Source of the DNA: an uncultured Hyphomicrobiales bacterium
Lineage (GTDB): Bacteria > Pseudomonadota > Alphaproteobacteria > Rhizobiales > Xanthobacteraceae
Assembly (NCBI GenBank): GCA_903885555.1
Contig: CAISIV010000078.1
Location: forward strand, 25,686 to 89,685
Reading direction: 5' to 3'
DNA length: 64,000 bases
Under the pieces are notes generated by a model that saw only the letters and a program-made list of their open reading frames with translations, ran no database searches and was not told the DNA's origin. This document shows, piece by piece, positions 47,856 through 59,065 of the stretch (the first letter of the stretch is position 1; every line of letters starts with the position of its first letter). The position numbers were made by a program, and so were the translations under genes.

Positions 47856-48551
47856 ATGCTTGTAAGATCGTTCGCGCCGGCCGTGATTGGCGCGTTTTTG
47901 TTTGCTGCGTCGCCGGCCTCTGCGCAAAGCGCGGCCGACAAGGCCCAGGGCGGTATCGGCGGCTATCTGGCGATCCTCGCCATCGGCAAGCTGTGCAACT
48001 TCGACCTGGACAAACCGACCACCGAAGCCATCGTCGCCAACATCAACGCGCTGCAGAAGACGTCCAAACTGAGCGACGCCGAGATCGATCAGGCAATGGC
48101 GAGCCTCGTCGACAGTTTCAAGAAGCGCAAGGATTCGCCCTGTGCCGCCGGCGCCAACGAATTTCCGGCGATGGCTGCCGCGATGTCGAAAGGCGCCGAA
48201 AAGGAAGCTGAAGGCAGCGGCGTGGCGCTGAAAGCCCTTCCGGCGCGCCAGGCGGCCGCCGTGAAGCCGGCTGTGAAGGACCCGAAAGAAGCCGCCAAGA
48301 ACATGCTGATCGCCGCGCACATGATTGAAGCGGTCGCCGACGAGTGCAAGATCAAGATCTCCGACAAGGAAAGCCTCGATCTCGACCGCGTGCAGTACTA
48401 CTTCCGCGGCAAGGCCGACGCGACCGCCGCGGAGGTCAAGGAGATCGTCGCGGTCGTCGAGAAGGAAGCCGAGGCAAGCCGCAAGAAAGTCTGCGCGCCG
48501 GAGTGGGGCTTCCGTGAAACGCTCGACACGCTGCTGGCGGCGATCAAGTAG
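47856..48551 (+). CDS. Exported hypothetical protein with two tandem C-X48-C helical repeats
   Basis: Signal peptide (ASA-Q). Two Cys pairs, each spaced by exactly 48 residues and joined by an Ala/Lys/Pro linker. Confidence 0.8.
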   Translation: MLVRSFAPAVIGAFLFAASPASAQSAADKAQGGIGGYLAILAIGKLCNFDLDKPTTEAIVANINALQKTSKLSDAEIDQAMASLVDSFKKRKDSPCAAGANEFPAMAAAMSKGAEKEAEGSGVALKALPARQAAAVKPAVKDPKEAAKNMLIAAHMIEAVADECKIKISDKESLDLDRVQYYFRGKADATAAEVKEIVAVVEKEAEASRKKVCAPEWGFRETLDTLLAAIK

Positions 48552-48600
48552 GGCGCTGCCGCAGTTCAACTACAGCAAGTAATTTTCGACGGCTGCAACG

Positions 48601-48630
48601 AAAGGCCTGGCGCTAGCCGGGCCTTTTTGT
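48601..48630 (+). terminator. Intrinsic terminator
   Basis: AAAGGCCTGGC-gcta-GCCGGGCCTTT followed by TTGT. Confidence 0.7.
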
Positions 48631-48849
48631 TTGCAAGCCGGGTAGCCCGGTTTTCCAGCGTAACTAATTTTTCTGTTGAACCAATTTGCCGTCAGAAAGT
48701 TATCGGTCGCTATCCAACTACCGCCTGCTATGAAGCGGCCGTGGGAACAAACGAGACAAGAAAAGAGATTTCCCAATGCCGAATTTGCCCCCAAACGTCC
48801 GAACCGCGACTGATCGCCTTCCGGCCACGGAAGCGGCGCGGTAATTCAC

Positions 48850-49131
48850 GTGAGCGGCGACGAAGAGGCATTGAAATGGGAAATCGCGTCGCTGCGTGCG
48901 GCGATTTCCGCCGACTGGGTGGCGCTGGCGTCGCGTCAGACATCGGACGATCCGGAGCGGCGCAAGGCCGTGCGCGACCATCTCGATATGAGCACCTGCG
49001 CGCTGCGGGCGGCGACCGAAAAACTCGAAGCGCTTCTGAGCGAGCGGCGCGGGCAGGGCATCTCCATCGATCTGGAAAAGCTGGCGGAAGAAATCATGCC
49101 GCCGCCAGCATCTCTGTCTTATAATTCTTGA
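48850..49131 (+). CDS. Small hypothetical protein, no recognisable family
   Basis: 93-aa GTG-start ORF with helical, coding-like composition. Confidence 0.5.
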   Translation: MSGDEEALKWEIASLRAAISADWVALASRQTSDDPERRKAVRDHLDMSTCALRAATEKLEALLSERRGQGISIDLEKLAEEIMPPPASLSYNS

Positions 49132-49165
49132 ATTCTGATTTTCGCTTTCGGGAGAAATCGAGGCC

Positions 49166-49477
49166 TTATTTCGTCTCGGCCTCGAATTTCGATTCCCGGA
49201 TCACCTCGCAGACTTGCAGGTGATAGGCCGAATAGAACTTCTCCCGACCCAGTTTCTTGGTGGGGACGTGTTCCGGATGAGTGGCCCAGGCCTTCAAGGT
49301 CTCGGCCGATTCCCATTCGAACAGCGACAGCCGCTCGCCATCCTCGGCGAGGTAGCCCTTGTGCGAAATGTAGCCCGGCATGGTGACCGCGATCTCGCTC
49401 ATGCGCTTGAACCAGTATTGATACTCGTCGCCGAGGCCTTCAGGCGTGCGGCGGGCGCGAAAGACAATGACCATCAT
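49166..49477 (-). CDS. Antibiotic biosynthesis monooxygenase (ABM) family protein
   Basis: MPGYISH, LSLFEWES.E.LKAWATHPEH, KFYSAY. Confidence 0.85.
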   Translation of the reverse strand: MMVIVFRARRTPEGLGDEYQYWFKRMSEIAVTMPGYISHKGYLAEDGERLSLFEWESAETLKAWATHPEHVPTKKLGREKFYSAYHLQVCEVIRESKFEAETK

Positions 49478-49575
49478 TGGCGGTTTCTTTGAGTTGCTAC
49501 CCTGCGGTGCATAGGCCCGGCGGGACCACAATTTCGGCACCGTTTACCGCAATATATTACCCCGAAGTTCCGAAT

Positions 49576-49604
49576 TTCCAACGGGCCGCCCTTCGGGCTA
49601 TAAT
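49576..49604 (+). promoter_or_regulatory. Sigma70-type promoter giving a leaderless DUF2778 transcript
   Basis: TTCCAA-N17-TATAAT, with ATG 49612 seven nt downstream. Confidence 0.55.
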
Positions 49605-49611
49605 GGCCGCC

Positions 49612-50661
49612 ATGGTGCAGATGCCACAGGTGAGGATGGCAGGAAAAGCAGGACGCCCTGCGCGCGTGGTTTCCGCGCGGGCCGCTTCCATTGCGCGGCT
49701 GTCATTTGCCGTCGCATGGGTTGGCCTGGGCGTTGCCGGCGTCAGTGCGGTTGCCGCCGCGGCGATATACCTGCCGCTGCCCCATGGCCGTTCCGTCCTG
49801 GCGCCTGAATTGCGCTCGTCGATTGCTCCGGAACTGCAGGCCCCGACCGATGTAGATGCCGCGCAAAATTGGCGCGAGGAGTGGATGCAACGCGTTGGTC
49901 TTGGCGGAATAGACCTGCGCGGGGCGCGGGACATTGCCTGGAACCCGCACGGCGGCATTTCGACTTTGCTGGCGACTCGCTTCCCGTCCGCCGCCCATGT
50001 GCGCATGCCGAACATCGAGGCTGCGATTCCTTTGCCACTGCCGCGACCTGAAATCATCGCGCCACAAGACATCGCGCGCCAAGATTTTGGGCGTCCTGCC
50101 GTTGTCCGCACCACGCCGGTGGTAAGCGAACCGCAGCTCGCGTCGCTGCCGCCGCAGACCAAACCGAGCGAGCCGGGCATTTTCGACAAACTGTTCGGAG
50201 ACCCCGATCGCGCCGCCAAGGCTGTGCTCGCCGCCAATCCGAACACGGTGCTGTACGACATCGCCAGGCGCGCGGTCTATCTGCCGGATGGCGTCAAGCT
50301 GGAGGCGCATTCGGGTTACGGCCAATACATGGACGATCTCGAGTCGATGCACCGCAAGGATGTCGGCGTGACGCCACCCAACGTCTATGCCGTCAGCTTC
50401 CGCGAGAAGCCGTTTCATGGTGTGCGCGCGCTGCGCATGAAGCCGGTCGGCGGCGGCAACATGTATGGCCGCGACGGCATTCTGGCGCATTCGTTCTTGC
50501 TGGGCGATGCCGGCGCGTCGAATGGCTGCATCTCGGTGCGTGACTACGACAAATTCCTGCAGGCGTACGAGGACGGCAAGTTCACCCAGATCATCGTCGT
50601 GCGCAGCGCCGACGAGCCGGCACCGTCGCAGGTCGCCAGCACGCAGGACCAGGGGACGTAA
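49612..50661 (+). CDS. DUF2778 / Tlde1-domain protein (L,D-transpeptidase fold), membrane-anchored
   Basis: LEAHSGYG, TPPNVY, RDGILAHSFLLGDAGASNGCISV (His...SxGC), one N-terminal TM. Confidence 0.85.
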   Translation: MVQMPQVRMAGKAGRPARVVSARAASIARLSFAVAWVGLGVAGVSAVAAAAIYLPLPHGRSVLAPELRSSIAPELQAPTDVDAAQNWREEWMQRVGLGGIDLRGARDIAWNPHGGISTLLATRFPSAAHVRMPNIEAAIPLPLPRPEIIAPQDIARQDFGRPAVVRTTPVVSEPQLASLPPQTKPSEPGIFDKLFGDPDRAAKAVLAANPNTVLYDIARRAVYLPDGVKLEAHSGYGQYMDDLESMHRKDVGVTPPNVYAVSFREKPFHGVRALRMKPVGGGNMYGRDGILAHSFLLGDAGASNGCISVRDYDKFLQAYEDGKFTQIIVVRSADEPAPSQVASTQDQGT

Positions 50662-50708
50662 AGTTCGCTGTCATTCGGGGCGCGCTATTGGCGTGAACCG
50701 GAAGACCC

Positions 50709-52349
<1,641 letters not shown>

Positions 52350-52542
52350 TGTCCCTCTCCCAGTCTTTACGGCGCGATTATTTCGCGCTTTCGCGTTGGC
52401 GCTTTGCGCGCCTTTTGGGCCAGCCCCTCGCTGGCCGCCGTCAGGTTAGCGGCCGGCCCAATCGGCGCAACGGTTTCGTGGCTGAGGTACGCAACAGGGG
52501 CGGATTTGGCTTCACGCCGGGTCCCGCCTATACAGCGCCGTC

Positions 52543-53454
52543 ATGGTCGATATCGTCGATAAGAGTCTTGGAATGAGGCTGGGTTTCGCAGTTTTGTTAC
52601 TGGCGGTATTTTGCTGCAATGCGGCCGCCGACGAAACCGATTCCGCGGTGGCGGCGATCCCGCAGCCGGTACCGCTGCCGCGCCCGCGCCCGGTCATCGC
52701 CAAGCCGGCCTGGCCCGAACCCCATAGCTTCCGCGAGGCGGCCGGCATCGAGTTCAAATCCGAGGACGTCACCAGCGCGCCGTCCGACTGCCGCCTGCGG
52801 CTGGAAAAGATCGCGGTGCTGACGCCGATGCCGCGGCTGATCGGGCCCGGCACCTGCGGCGGCGGCGATATGGTGGAACTGACCGCCGTGCGCATGTCCG
52901 CCACGGTGCAGATCGCGGTCAAGCCTGCGCCGATCATCCGCTGCACGATGGCCGAGCAGTTGACGCTCTGGATCAAGGACGAAGCAGCGCCGCGCATCGC
53001 CAAGGCCGGCGCGCCGCTGCGACAGGTCGATACCTATGACGATTTCAATTGCCGCGGCCGTAACCGCGTCATCGGCGCGCGCATGAGCGAGCACGGCCGG
53101 GGCAATGCCGTCGATATTCGCTCGTTCACGCTGCACGACAACAGACTGATCTTCCCGACCGACCTGCATGCCTCGAAGGATTTGCGCACAGGCTTGCGCG
53201 AAAGCGTCTGCAGCCGCTTCATGACGGTGCTGGGTCCGGGCTCCGACGGCTATCACGAGGAGCACATCCATCTCGATATGGCCGAGCGCAACAACAACTA
53301 TCGCATCTGCCAGTGGGACGTGCGCGAGCCGCCGCCGCCTCCGCCGCCGAAGGAAGAAGAGGCGATCGTTGCCGCCGAATTGGCCGACAAGCCGGTGCCG
53401 TCGCCGTTAACCGCGAAAGTCGGCGGACAGGGCGCGGCCAAGCGAAAACTGTAA
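52543..53454 (+). CDS. Extensin-like family protein
   Basis: Signal peptide, PVPLPRPRP, C-terminal SEHGRGNAVDI and LGPGSDGYHEEHIHLD. Confidence 0.85.
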   Translation: MVDIVDKSLGMRLGFAVLLLAVFCCNAAADETDSAVAAIPQPVPLPRPRPVIAKPAWPEPHSFREAAGIEFKSEDVTSAPSDCRLRLEKIAVLTPMPRLIGPGTCGGGDMVELTAVRMSATVQIAVKPAPIIRCTMAEQLTLWIKDEAAPRIAKAGAPLRQVDTYDDFNCRGRNRVIGARMSEHGRGNAVDIRSFTLHDNRLIFPTDLHASKDLRTGLRESVCSRFMTVLGPGSDGYHEEHIHLDMAERNNNYRICQWDVREPPPPPPPKEEEAIVAAELADKPVPSPLTAKVGGQGAAKRKL

Positions 53455-53501
53455 GGTGCCGTCCATCTTCCGTTCATAGTTAGCTGGCTAGCTAGACGAT
53501 C

Positions 53502-54440
53502 ATGACCATCGTTAATCCCAGGGTTCTGGTGCCAAATACTCGGCAGAATCGCGCGCCCCGCAAAATCACGCGGCGCAGCCTGCTGACGCGCGGCCTGGTG
53601 CTGACCGGCGTGGCCGGCCTGGCCGGCGCAAGCACCGCCGCTTACGGCGCCGCCGATGCCGCCATGGGTCTGGCCGTGACGGATTATGCGCCGGTGCCGG
53701 CGAACTGGCCGGCGCGCCAGAAGCTGACCATCACCGTCATCGCCGACATCCATGCCGGCGGCCCGAACATGGGCATCGCGCGGGTGCGCGAAGTCGTCGA
53801 TACCGCGATCGGCCTGAAGTCCGATCTCGTCGTGATCCTCGGCGACTATTTCGCCACGCATCGTTTCATCACCGAGCACGTACCGCATACCGCCTGGGCT
53901 TCGGAACTCGCGCGCCTCAAGCCGCGCTACGGCACCTACGCTATCCTCGGGAATCACGACTGGTGGCACGACGCCGACGGCGTGCGTGCCGCGCTACGCC
54001 AGTTCAAAATTCCCGAACTGAGGAATGATGCCGTACTGCTGGGCGAACGCGGTTCGCGGTTCTGGCTGGCCGGCATCGACGATCAGCTCGCGCATTACGT
54101 CGGCCACGGCAACTTCCGCGGCGAGGACGATCTGCCCGGCACGATGGCCAAGATCAAGACCGACGATCCGGTGATCCTGATGGTGCACGAGCCCGATATT
54201 TTTACGGAAGTGCCGGCGCGCGTCGCGCTGACTTTGGCCGGCCACACCCATGGCGGCCAGATCAAGCTGCCCTACATTCCGCCGGTCTGGGCGCCGTCGG
54301 CCTACGGCGCGCGTTTCGCCTACGGCCATATCGTCGAGCAGGGCCGCCACATGATCGTGTCCGGCGGCCTCGGCACCAGCAAGGTGCCGGTGCGCATCGG
54401 CGTGACGCCGGAAATCGTGCGGGTCACGCTCGGGGCCTGA
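53502..54440 (+). CDS. Metallophosphoesterase, probable Tat signal
   Basis: TRRSLL, IADIH, LGDY, LGNHD, LAGHTHGGQ. Confidence 0.9.
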   Translation: MTIVNPRVLVPNTRQNRAPRKITRRSLLTRGLVLTGVAGLAGASTAAYGAADAAMGLAVTDYAPVPANWPARQKLTITVIADIHAGGPNMGIARVREVVDTAIGLKSDLVVILGDYFATHRFITEHVPHTAWASELARLKPRYGTYAILGNHDWWHDADGVRAALRQFKIPELRNDAVLLGERGSRFWLAGIDDQLAHYVGHGNFRGEDDLPGTMAKIKTDDPVILMVHEPDIFTEVPARVALTLAGHTHGGQIKLPYIPPVWAPSAYGARFAYGHIVEQGRHMIVSGGLGTSKVPVRIGVTPEIVRVTLGA

Positions 54441-54450
54441 CCCACAAACA

Positions 54451-54478
54451 AAAGCGGCGCCCTGGTGGGCGCCGCTTT
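54451..54478. terminator. Bidirectional terminator between convergent genes
   Basis: AAAGCGGCGCCC-tggt-GGGCGCCGCTTT. Confidence 0.8.
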
Positions 54479-54499
54479 CAAATCGATGTTGAAGTCCGC

Positions 54500-55174
54500 T
54501 TAGCGGAACAGGCTCTCGCCACCGGCGCCCGCCATGCGCGGGCTGAACGGCGAGTCGCCCTGCTTGGGCGCCAGCACGACGACCACGGTACCGGTCTTGA
54601 CCCGCTTGTAGAGGTCGATGACGTCCTCATTGGTCAAACGGATGCAGCCCGAGGAAATCGCCTGACCGATGTATTCCGGCTGGTTGGTGCCGTGAATGCG
54701 GTACATCGTGTCCTTGTTGCCGTCGAACAGATAGAGCGCGCGCGCACCCATCGGGTTCTGCGGGCCGGAGCCGACGAAGTCGGGAACGTCCATGCGCTTC
54801 TTGATTTCGGCGGTCGGCGTCCAGGTCGGCCACTCGGTGAGACGGCCGACTTTCGCCACGCCCGACCAGGCCAGCGCTTCGTCGCCAACGGTCACGCCGT
54901 AGCGGATCGCCTTGCCTTCAGGCATCACGTAATAGAGGTAGCGCGCGTCGGAATCGACCACGATCGTGCCGGGCAATTCCTTGCGGTGATATTGGACGAT
55001 GTGGCGCTTGTACGGCTCGGCAACTTCGACCTTTTCGTACGGCGCGGCCGCCAGCAACTTCTTGTCGCGCGGCGTGAAGTTAGCCTCCGAAGACGGCTCC
55101 ATGGTGGACTGCATACAGCCGCCCAGCGCCAAAGCGACGCCTACCAGAACCAGCCCTAAACCCCTGACAGCCAT
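54500..55174 (-). CDS. L,D-transpeptidase (YkuD/ErfK), lipoprotein
   Basis: Lipobox LGGC, NPMGARALYL, YRIHGTNQP..SSGCIRL. Confidence 0.93.
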   Translation of the reverse strand: MAVRGLGLVLVGVALALGGCMQSTMEPSSEANFTPRDKKLLAAAPYEKVEVAEPYKRHIVQYHRKELPGTIVVDSDARYLYYVMPEGKAIRYGVTVGDEALAWSGVAKVGRLTEWPTWTPTAEIKKRMDVPDFVGSGPQNPMGARALYLFDGNKDTMYRIHGTNQPEYIGQAISSGCIRLTNEDVIDLYKRVKTGTVVVVLAPKQGDSPFSPRMAGAGGESLFR

Positions 55175-55393
55175 TGTTTTTCCTCGGTTTTTTCAGGTCG
55201 CTCGAATCAGCGCCCGGTCGCAGAACTATTCAGACCGCAATTAACCGAAACAGCCTACAGATAGCTACGTTTTCTGCCTGTTCCGCAGTTGCTTCCTGTG
55301 AACGTGTGGCCATTTTGTCGCACCACTTTAGACGTGCTCCAGTTCCTTAAAGGCCCTGATACCGCGTCTAAAATCAACTTTACCGCCAAGGCG

Positions 55394-55409
55394 TTAAGAG
55401 ATGGTCAAC
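55394..55409 (+). promoter_or_regulatory. CtrA-like box
   Basis: TTAA-GAGATGG-TCAAC (one mismatch). Confidence 0.45.
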
Positions 55410-55560
55410 CATACTGCGCGGTATATTAGTGAAATTAAGCACGACCCAATCGGCTTTCACGAATCGCCACGATAGGACACGAATGCCCGCGCAATTCTGC
55501 CCAAGTTGACGGCCAGATTCAGCGTTGAGGCAACCCAAGGAACGGATCGGAGAAATAGAC

Positions 55561-55746
55561 GTGACAATGCAAGCGACCCAGGCGCCTGAGCAAAAAGACT
55601 CCAAGCAAGACTCCACGCGCCCGCAGACCAACAAGCTCGACAACCGCTACGGCAAGATCGGCATCTCGGCAGTCGCCGCGGCCTGCGCCCACACGGGCAA
55701 GCAGGAAGGCGTTTCCGAATATCGTATTCCCTACGATCGCGACTAA
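55561..55746 (+). CDS. Small hypothetical protein (YGKIGISAVAAA motif), 61 aa
   Basis: GGAGA SD before GTG 55561. The core LDNRYGKIGISAVAAA resembles small rhizobial proteins as I recall them. Confidence 0.6.
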   Translation: MTMQATQAPEQKDSKQDSTRPQTNKLDNRYGKIGISAVAAACAHTGKQEGVSEYRIPYDRD

Positions 55747-55932
55747 GCGGATTTGATCGTGCCGGCCGCGCGTCAAGCGCGGGCTGGCTCTCCCGGCTTC
55801 ATAGTTGACATGACGATGCACGCCGCTGCCCGCCAGGCCGCGGCGTTTGTCATTTTATGTGCCGTATATGCCGTGCGCGATTTATTTCTTGCGCGATGCC
55901 GCGTGATGGGGTCATTGGAAGGCGTCGGGCTG

Positions 55933-55981
55933 GCGCATGATCCTGAAGCGGATACCGGTCTTTCGGATAAATCTCATGCGC
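55933..55981. repeat. REP-like palindromic repeat, degenerate copy
   Basis: GCGCATGATCC...TACCG...TTCGGA...TCATGCGC, homologous to 62375-62423. Confidence 0.7.
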
Positions 55982-56000
55982 CCGAAAAAAGTATGGCTGC

Positions 56001-56972
56001 ATGATTTCGGTCTACGTTCCGCACGGCAATTCACTCGAGCGCACAGCGGCTGAGCCCGGCGAAGCCCCGCCGCCCGCTGCGGTATGGATCGATCTGGTCA
56101 CGCCGAGCGTTCAGGAAGACAAGCTGGTCGAGCAGTTCCTCGGCATCGCGGTGCCGACGCGCGAAGAAATGCAGGAGATCGAAGTCTCCAGCCGGCTCTA
56201 TGTCGAGAACGGCGCGCGCTACATGACGGCGACGCTGATGTGCGCGTCCGACACGCCGACGCCGATGACCACGCCGGTCACTTTCATTCTGTCGAGCCAC
56301 CGGCTCTGCACCGTCCGCTACGAAGATCCGCGGCCGTTCGCCCTCGTCGAGCACAAGCTGGCGCGCAACTGCTCGCCCAAGGTGTCCGGCGAAACGGTGC
56401 TGATGGATCTGCTCGACGCGATCATCGACCGTTCCGCCGACATTCTCGAACGCATCGCTGCCGAAGTTGACCAGGTCTCGCACACCATCTTTGAGCCGGA
56501 TGACGCCGGGCCGCCGTCCTACAACGACGTGCTCAAGGCGCTCGGCCGCAAGGGCGATCTCACCTCCAAGGTGCGTGAGAGCCAGGTCTCGGTCGGCCGC
56601 CTGCTGTCGTTCCTCGCCAACGAGGCCGAAGGCATGAAGTGGCCGAAGGATGCCAGGCTGCAGCTCGCCTCGATGCAGCGCGACGTGACGTCGCTGTCGG
56701 ATCACGCCACTTATCTCTCGAACAAGATCACCTTCCTGCTCGACGCCATGCTCGGCGTCGTCAACATTCAGCAGAACGCCATCATCAAAATATTCTCGAT
56801 CATGGCGGTGGTGTTCATGCCGCCGACTTTGGTGGCGTCGATCTACGGCATGAATTTCCATTCCGGCATGATCGAACTGGACTGGGCCTGGGGTTATCCG
56901 TGGGCGCTGTTCCTGATGGTGGTGGTCGCCGTGCTGCCGCTGGCCTTCTTCAAATGGAAGAAGTGGCTGTAG
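56001..56972 (+). CDS. corA: CorA-family magnesium transporter
   Basis: WIDL, EIEVSSRLY, PPTLVASIYGMNF, two C-terminal TMs. Confidence 0.93.
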   Translation: MISVYVPHGNSLERTAAEPGEAPPPAAVWIDLVTPSVQEDKLVEQFLGIAVPTREEMQEIEVSSRLYVENGARYMTATLMCASDTPTPMTTPVTFILSSHRLCTVRYEDPRPFALVEHKLARNCSPKVSGETVLMDLLDAIIDRSADILERIAAEVDQVSHTIFEPDDAGPPSYNDVLKALGRKGDLTSKVRESQVSVGRLLSFLANEAEGMKWPKDARLQLASMQRDVTSLSDHATYLSNKITFLLDAMLGVVNIQQNAIIKIFSIMAVVFMPPTLVASIYGMNFHSGMIELDWAWGYPWALFLMVVVAVLPLAFFKWKKWL

Positions 56973-56994
56973 GGCTACGCGAAGCGCCGAAAGG

Positions 56995-57747
56995 CTAAAC
57001 GTGCTGGCCGCCGTTGATGTGGATCTCGGCGCCGTTCACGTAACTGCTCATCTCGGTGCACAGCACGTAGATGATTTTCGCGACTTCGTCGGGCGTGCCG
57101 AGACGCTGCATCGGAATCTGCTCGACGATCTTCTCGGTGCCCGGCGACAGGATCGAGGTGTCGATTTCGCCCGGCGCGATGGCGTTGACGCGAATGCCGA
57201 GCCGGCCGAAGTCGGACGCCATCTCTCTTGTCAGTGACGCGAGCGCTGCTTTCGACGTCGCGTAAGCAGCCCCCGCGAACGGAGGCACATGCGAGCCGGC
57301 GATCGACGTGACGTTCACCACCGAGCCCTTGGCCGCTTTCAATTCGTCGACGAGGCCGCGCGCCAGCATGATCGGCGCAAAGAAATTGACTTGGAACACC
57401 TGGTGCCAGACTTCGGTCGCTGTATCGAGCGAACCGAGCCGCTTGCCGCCGTCGGCCTTCGGCGAAATCGCGGCGTTGTTGACCAGCGCATGAAGTTCGC
57501 CGCCGGTCAGCCGGCGCTTGATTTCGGCGATCGCCTCCATGGTGTTGGCTTCGTTGGACAGATCGACCTGGATGTGATCTTCGGGACCTGCGCCCCACGG
57601 GCAATTTTCCGGAAAGGGATGACGCGAGCAGGTGATGACACGCCAGCCCGCGGCCGAGAAACGTTTCACGGTCGCGTGCCCGATGCCACGGCTGGCGCCG
57701 GTGAGCAGCAGCGTGCGGGGCGGCTGGTTGGTCTGCGAGTTCGGCAT
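56995..57747 (-). CDS. SDR-family oxidoreductase
   Basis: TGASRGIG, LVNNAA, YATSK (YxxxK). Confidence 0.93.
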   Translation of the reverse strand: MPNSQTNQPPRTLLLTGASRGIGHATVKRFSAAGWRVITCSRHPFPENCPWGAGPEDHIQVDLSNEANTMEAIAEIKRRLTGGELHALVNNAAISPKADGGKRLGSLDTATEVWHQVFQVNFFAPIMLARGLVDELKAAKGSVVNVTSIAGSHVPPFAGAAYATSKAALASLTREMASDFGRLGIRVNAIAPGEIDTSILSPGTEKIVEQIPMQRLGTPDEVAKIIYVLCTEMSSYVNGAEIHINGGQHV

Positions 57748-57771
57748 TGCGTTCTTTAGCTTTCTGAAAAA

Positions 57772-58413
57772 CTACGGATAGAGCCGCGTCTTGCTCCACG
57801 GTGCGGTTGGCGTGTCGCGCGTAAAGACGATGCGGTCGTGCAGTCGGAAGGGCCGGTCGTGCCAGAACTCGAACGTGGTCGGCACAATGCGAAAGCCCGA
57901 CCATTGCGGCGGCCGCGGCACGGTGCCGAGCGCATATTTGGCGGCGGTGACAGCGATAGCCTTTTCGAAGGCCATCCGGCTTTCCAGCGGCCGCGACTGC
58001 TTGGACGCCCAGGCGCCGATCTGGGCCTGCTTCGGGCGGGTGGCGAAATAGTCGTCGGCCTCGGCGTCGGTCACGTGCTGGACGGTACCGCGCAGCCGCA
58101 CCTGACGGTTCAGCGACTTCCAATGGAACACCAGCGCCGCCTTGGCGTGGGCGGCCAATTCCTGGCCCTTTTGACTGTCTTTGTTGGTGTAGAAAACGAA
58201 ACCGTGCTCATCGGCGCCCTTCAGCAGCACCATGCGGGCGTTCGGCATGCCATCGGCGTCGACCGTCGCCAGGGTCATGGCGGTCGGATCGCGCGGTTCC
58301 GAAGCGGTCGCGTCCTTCAACCATGCGGCAAATAGCCGAAACGGTTCTTCCGCGGCGGTGAAATCACCACTCGTTAACCAATTTGGCTCTTCTATTGATG
58401 CCGTATCGGACAT
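57772..58413 (-). CDS. pdxH: Pyridoxamine 5'-phosphate oxidase
   Basis: [41 protein letters not shown]. Confidence 0.96.
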   Translation of the reverse strand: MSDTASIEEPNWLTSGDFTAAEEPFRLFAAWLKDATASEPRDPTAMTLATVDADGMPNARMVLLKGADEHGFVFYTNKDSQKGQELAAHAKAALVFHWKSLNRQVRLRGTVQHVTDAEADDYFATRPKQAQIGAWASKQSRPLESRMAFEKAIAVTAAKYALGTVPRPPQWSGFRIVPTTFEFWHDRPFRLHDRIVFTRDTPTAPWSKTRLYP

Positions 58414-58451
58414 TTTGGGGTGCTCGTTTGGTCGGCCTTCAGACCCGTCGT

Positions 58452-58949
58452 TTGGTTCGGGTTCTATATAGTGGATGCGGGGCGTCGCGCCTATGGCGCG
58501 GCTGGGCTGCGGCCGGAGCGGTCACGCTGGCGCTGGGCACCGGCGGCTGCAGTGTCGGCCAGCTCGACTCGATCTACGCCTCCGCCGAAAAATCCGACCA
58601 CACCGGCTCGATCACGCCTCGGCCCGAGGCCAAAACGTCCAGCGATAAGCAGGTCAACGATTTGCCACCCGAAGCCGATCTCGTCTTCACCAAGGCGGCG
58701 GTCCACCAGGTGCTGAACCGCACCGGCAACGACGCCAGCGAGCCGTGGGAAAATCCGCGCACCGGGGCGCGCGGCACGGTGACGCCGATCACGTCGGCCT
58801 ACGTCCAGTCCGGCCAGACTTGCCGCGACTTCCTGGCGAGCTACGTCAACGGCAGTTCGCAGTCCTGGCTGCAGGGCGAAGCTTGCAAGCAGAAGAGCCT
58901 GAAGGGCGCCTGGGAAGTCCGCTCCCTCAAGCCCTGGAAGCGGTCTTAA
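58452..58949 (+). CDS. RT0821/Lpp0805-like (17-kDa antigen) surface lipoprotein
   Basis: Lipobox [32 protein letters not shown]. Start uncertain (TTG 58452 chosen). Confidence 0.8.
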   Translation: MVRVLYSGCGASRLWRGWAAAGAVTLALGTGGCSVGQLDSIYASAEKSDHTGSITPRPEAKTSSDKQVNDLPPEADLVFTKAAVHQVLNRTGNDASEPWENPRTGARGTVTPITSAYVQSGQTCRDFLASYVNGSSQSWLQGEACKQKSLKGAWEVRSLKPWKRS

Positions 58950-58983
58950 AGCCTCCGTTCGATCCCGGATCGGGCTGGAAACA

Positions 58984-59011
58984 TTGCATCCCGGCCGCTG
59001 GAACCCCACAT
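58984..59011 (+). promoter_or_regulatory. Possible RpoH-type promoter for the DnaJ-family gene
   Basis: TTGCAT-N14-CCCCACAT, an imperfect match to CTTGAA-N13/14-CCCCATNT. Confidence 0.3.
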
Positions 59012-59065
59012 TAAGGCTCGAGTCGCCGGCCTCCGCCGGCAGCATTTTCACGGGAGTTCGACAGG

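Noticed and set aside
50670-50703. GTCATTCGGGGCGCGC...GTGAACCGGAA resembling a second REP family
   Set aside because: Partial, degenerate and single-copy here, so it cannot be supported.
58424-58456. TCGTTTGGT direct repeat between pdxH and the lipoprotein gene
   Set aside because: 9 bp twice at 24-bp spacing with no recognisable regulator motif. Too weak to call.
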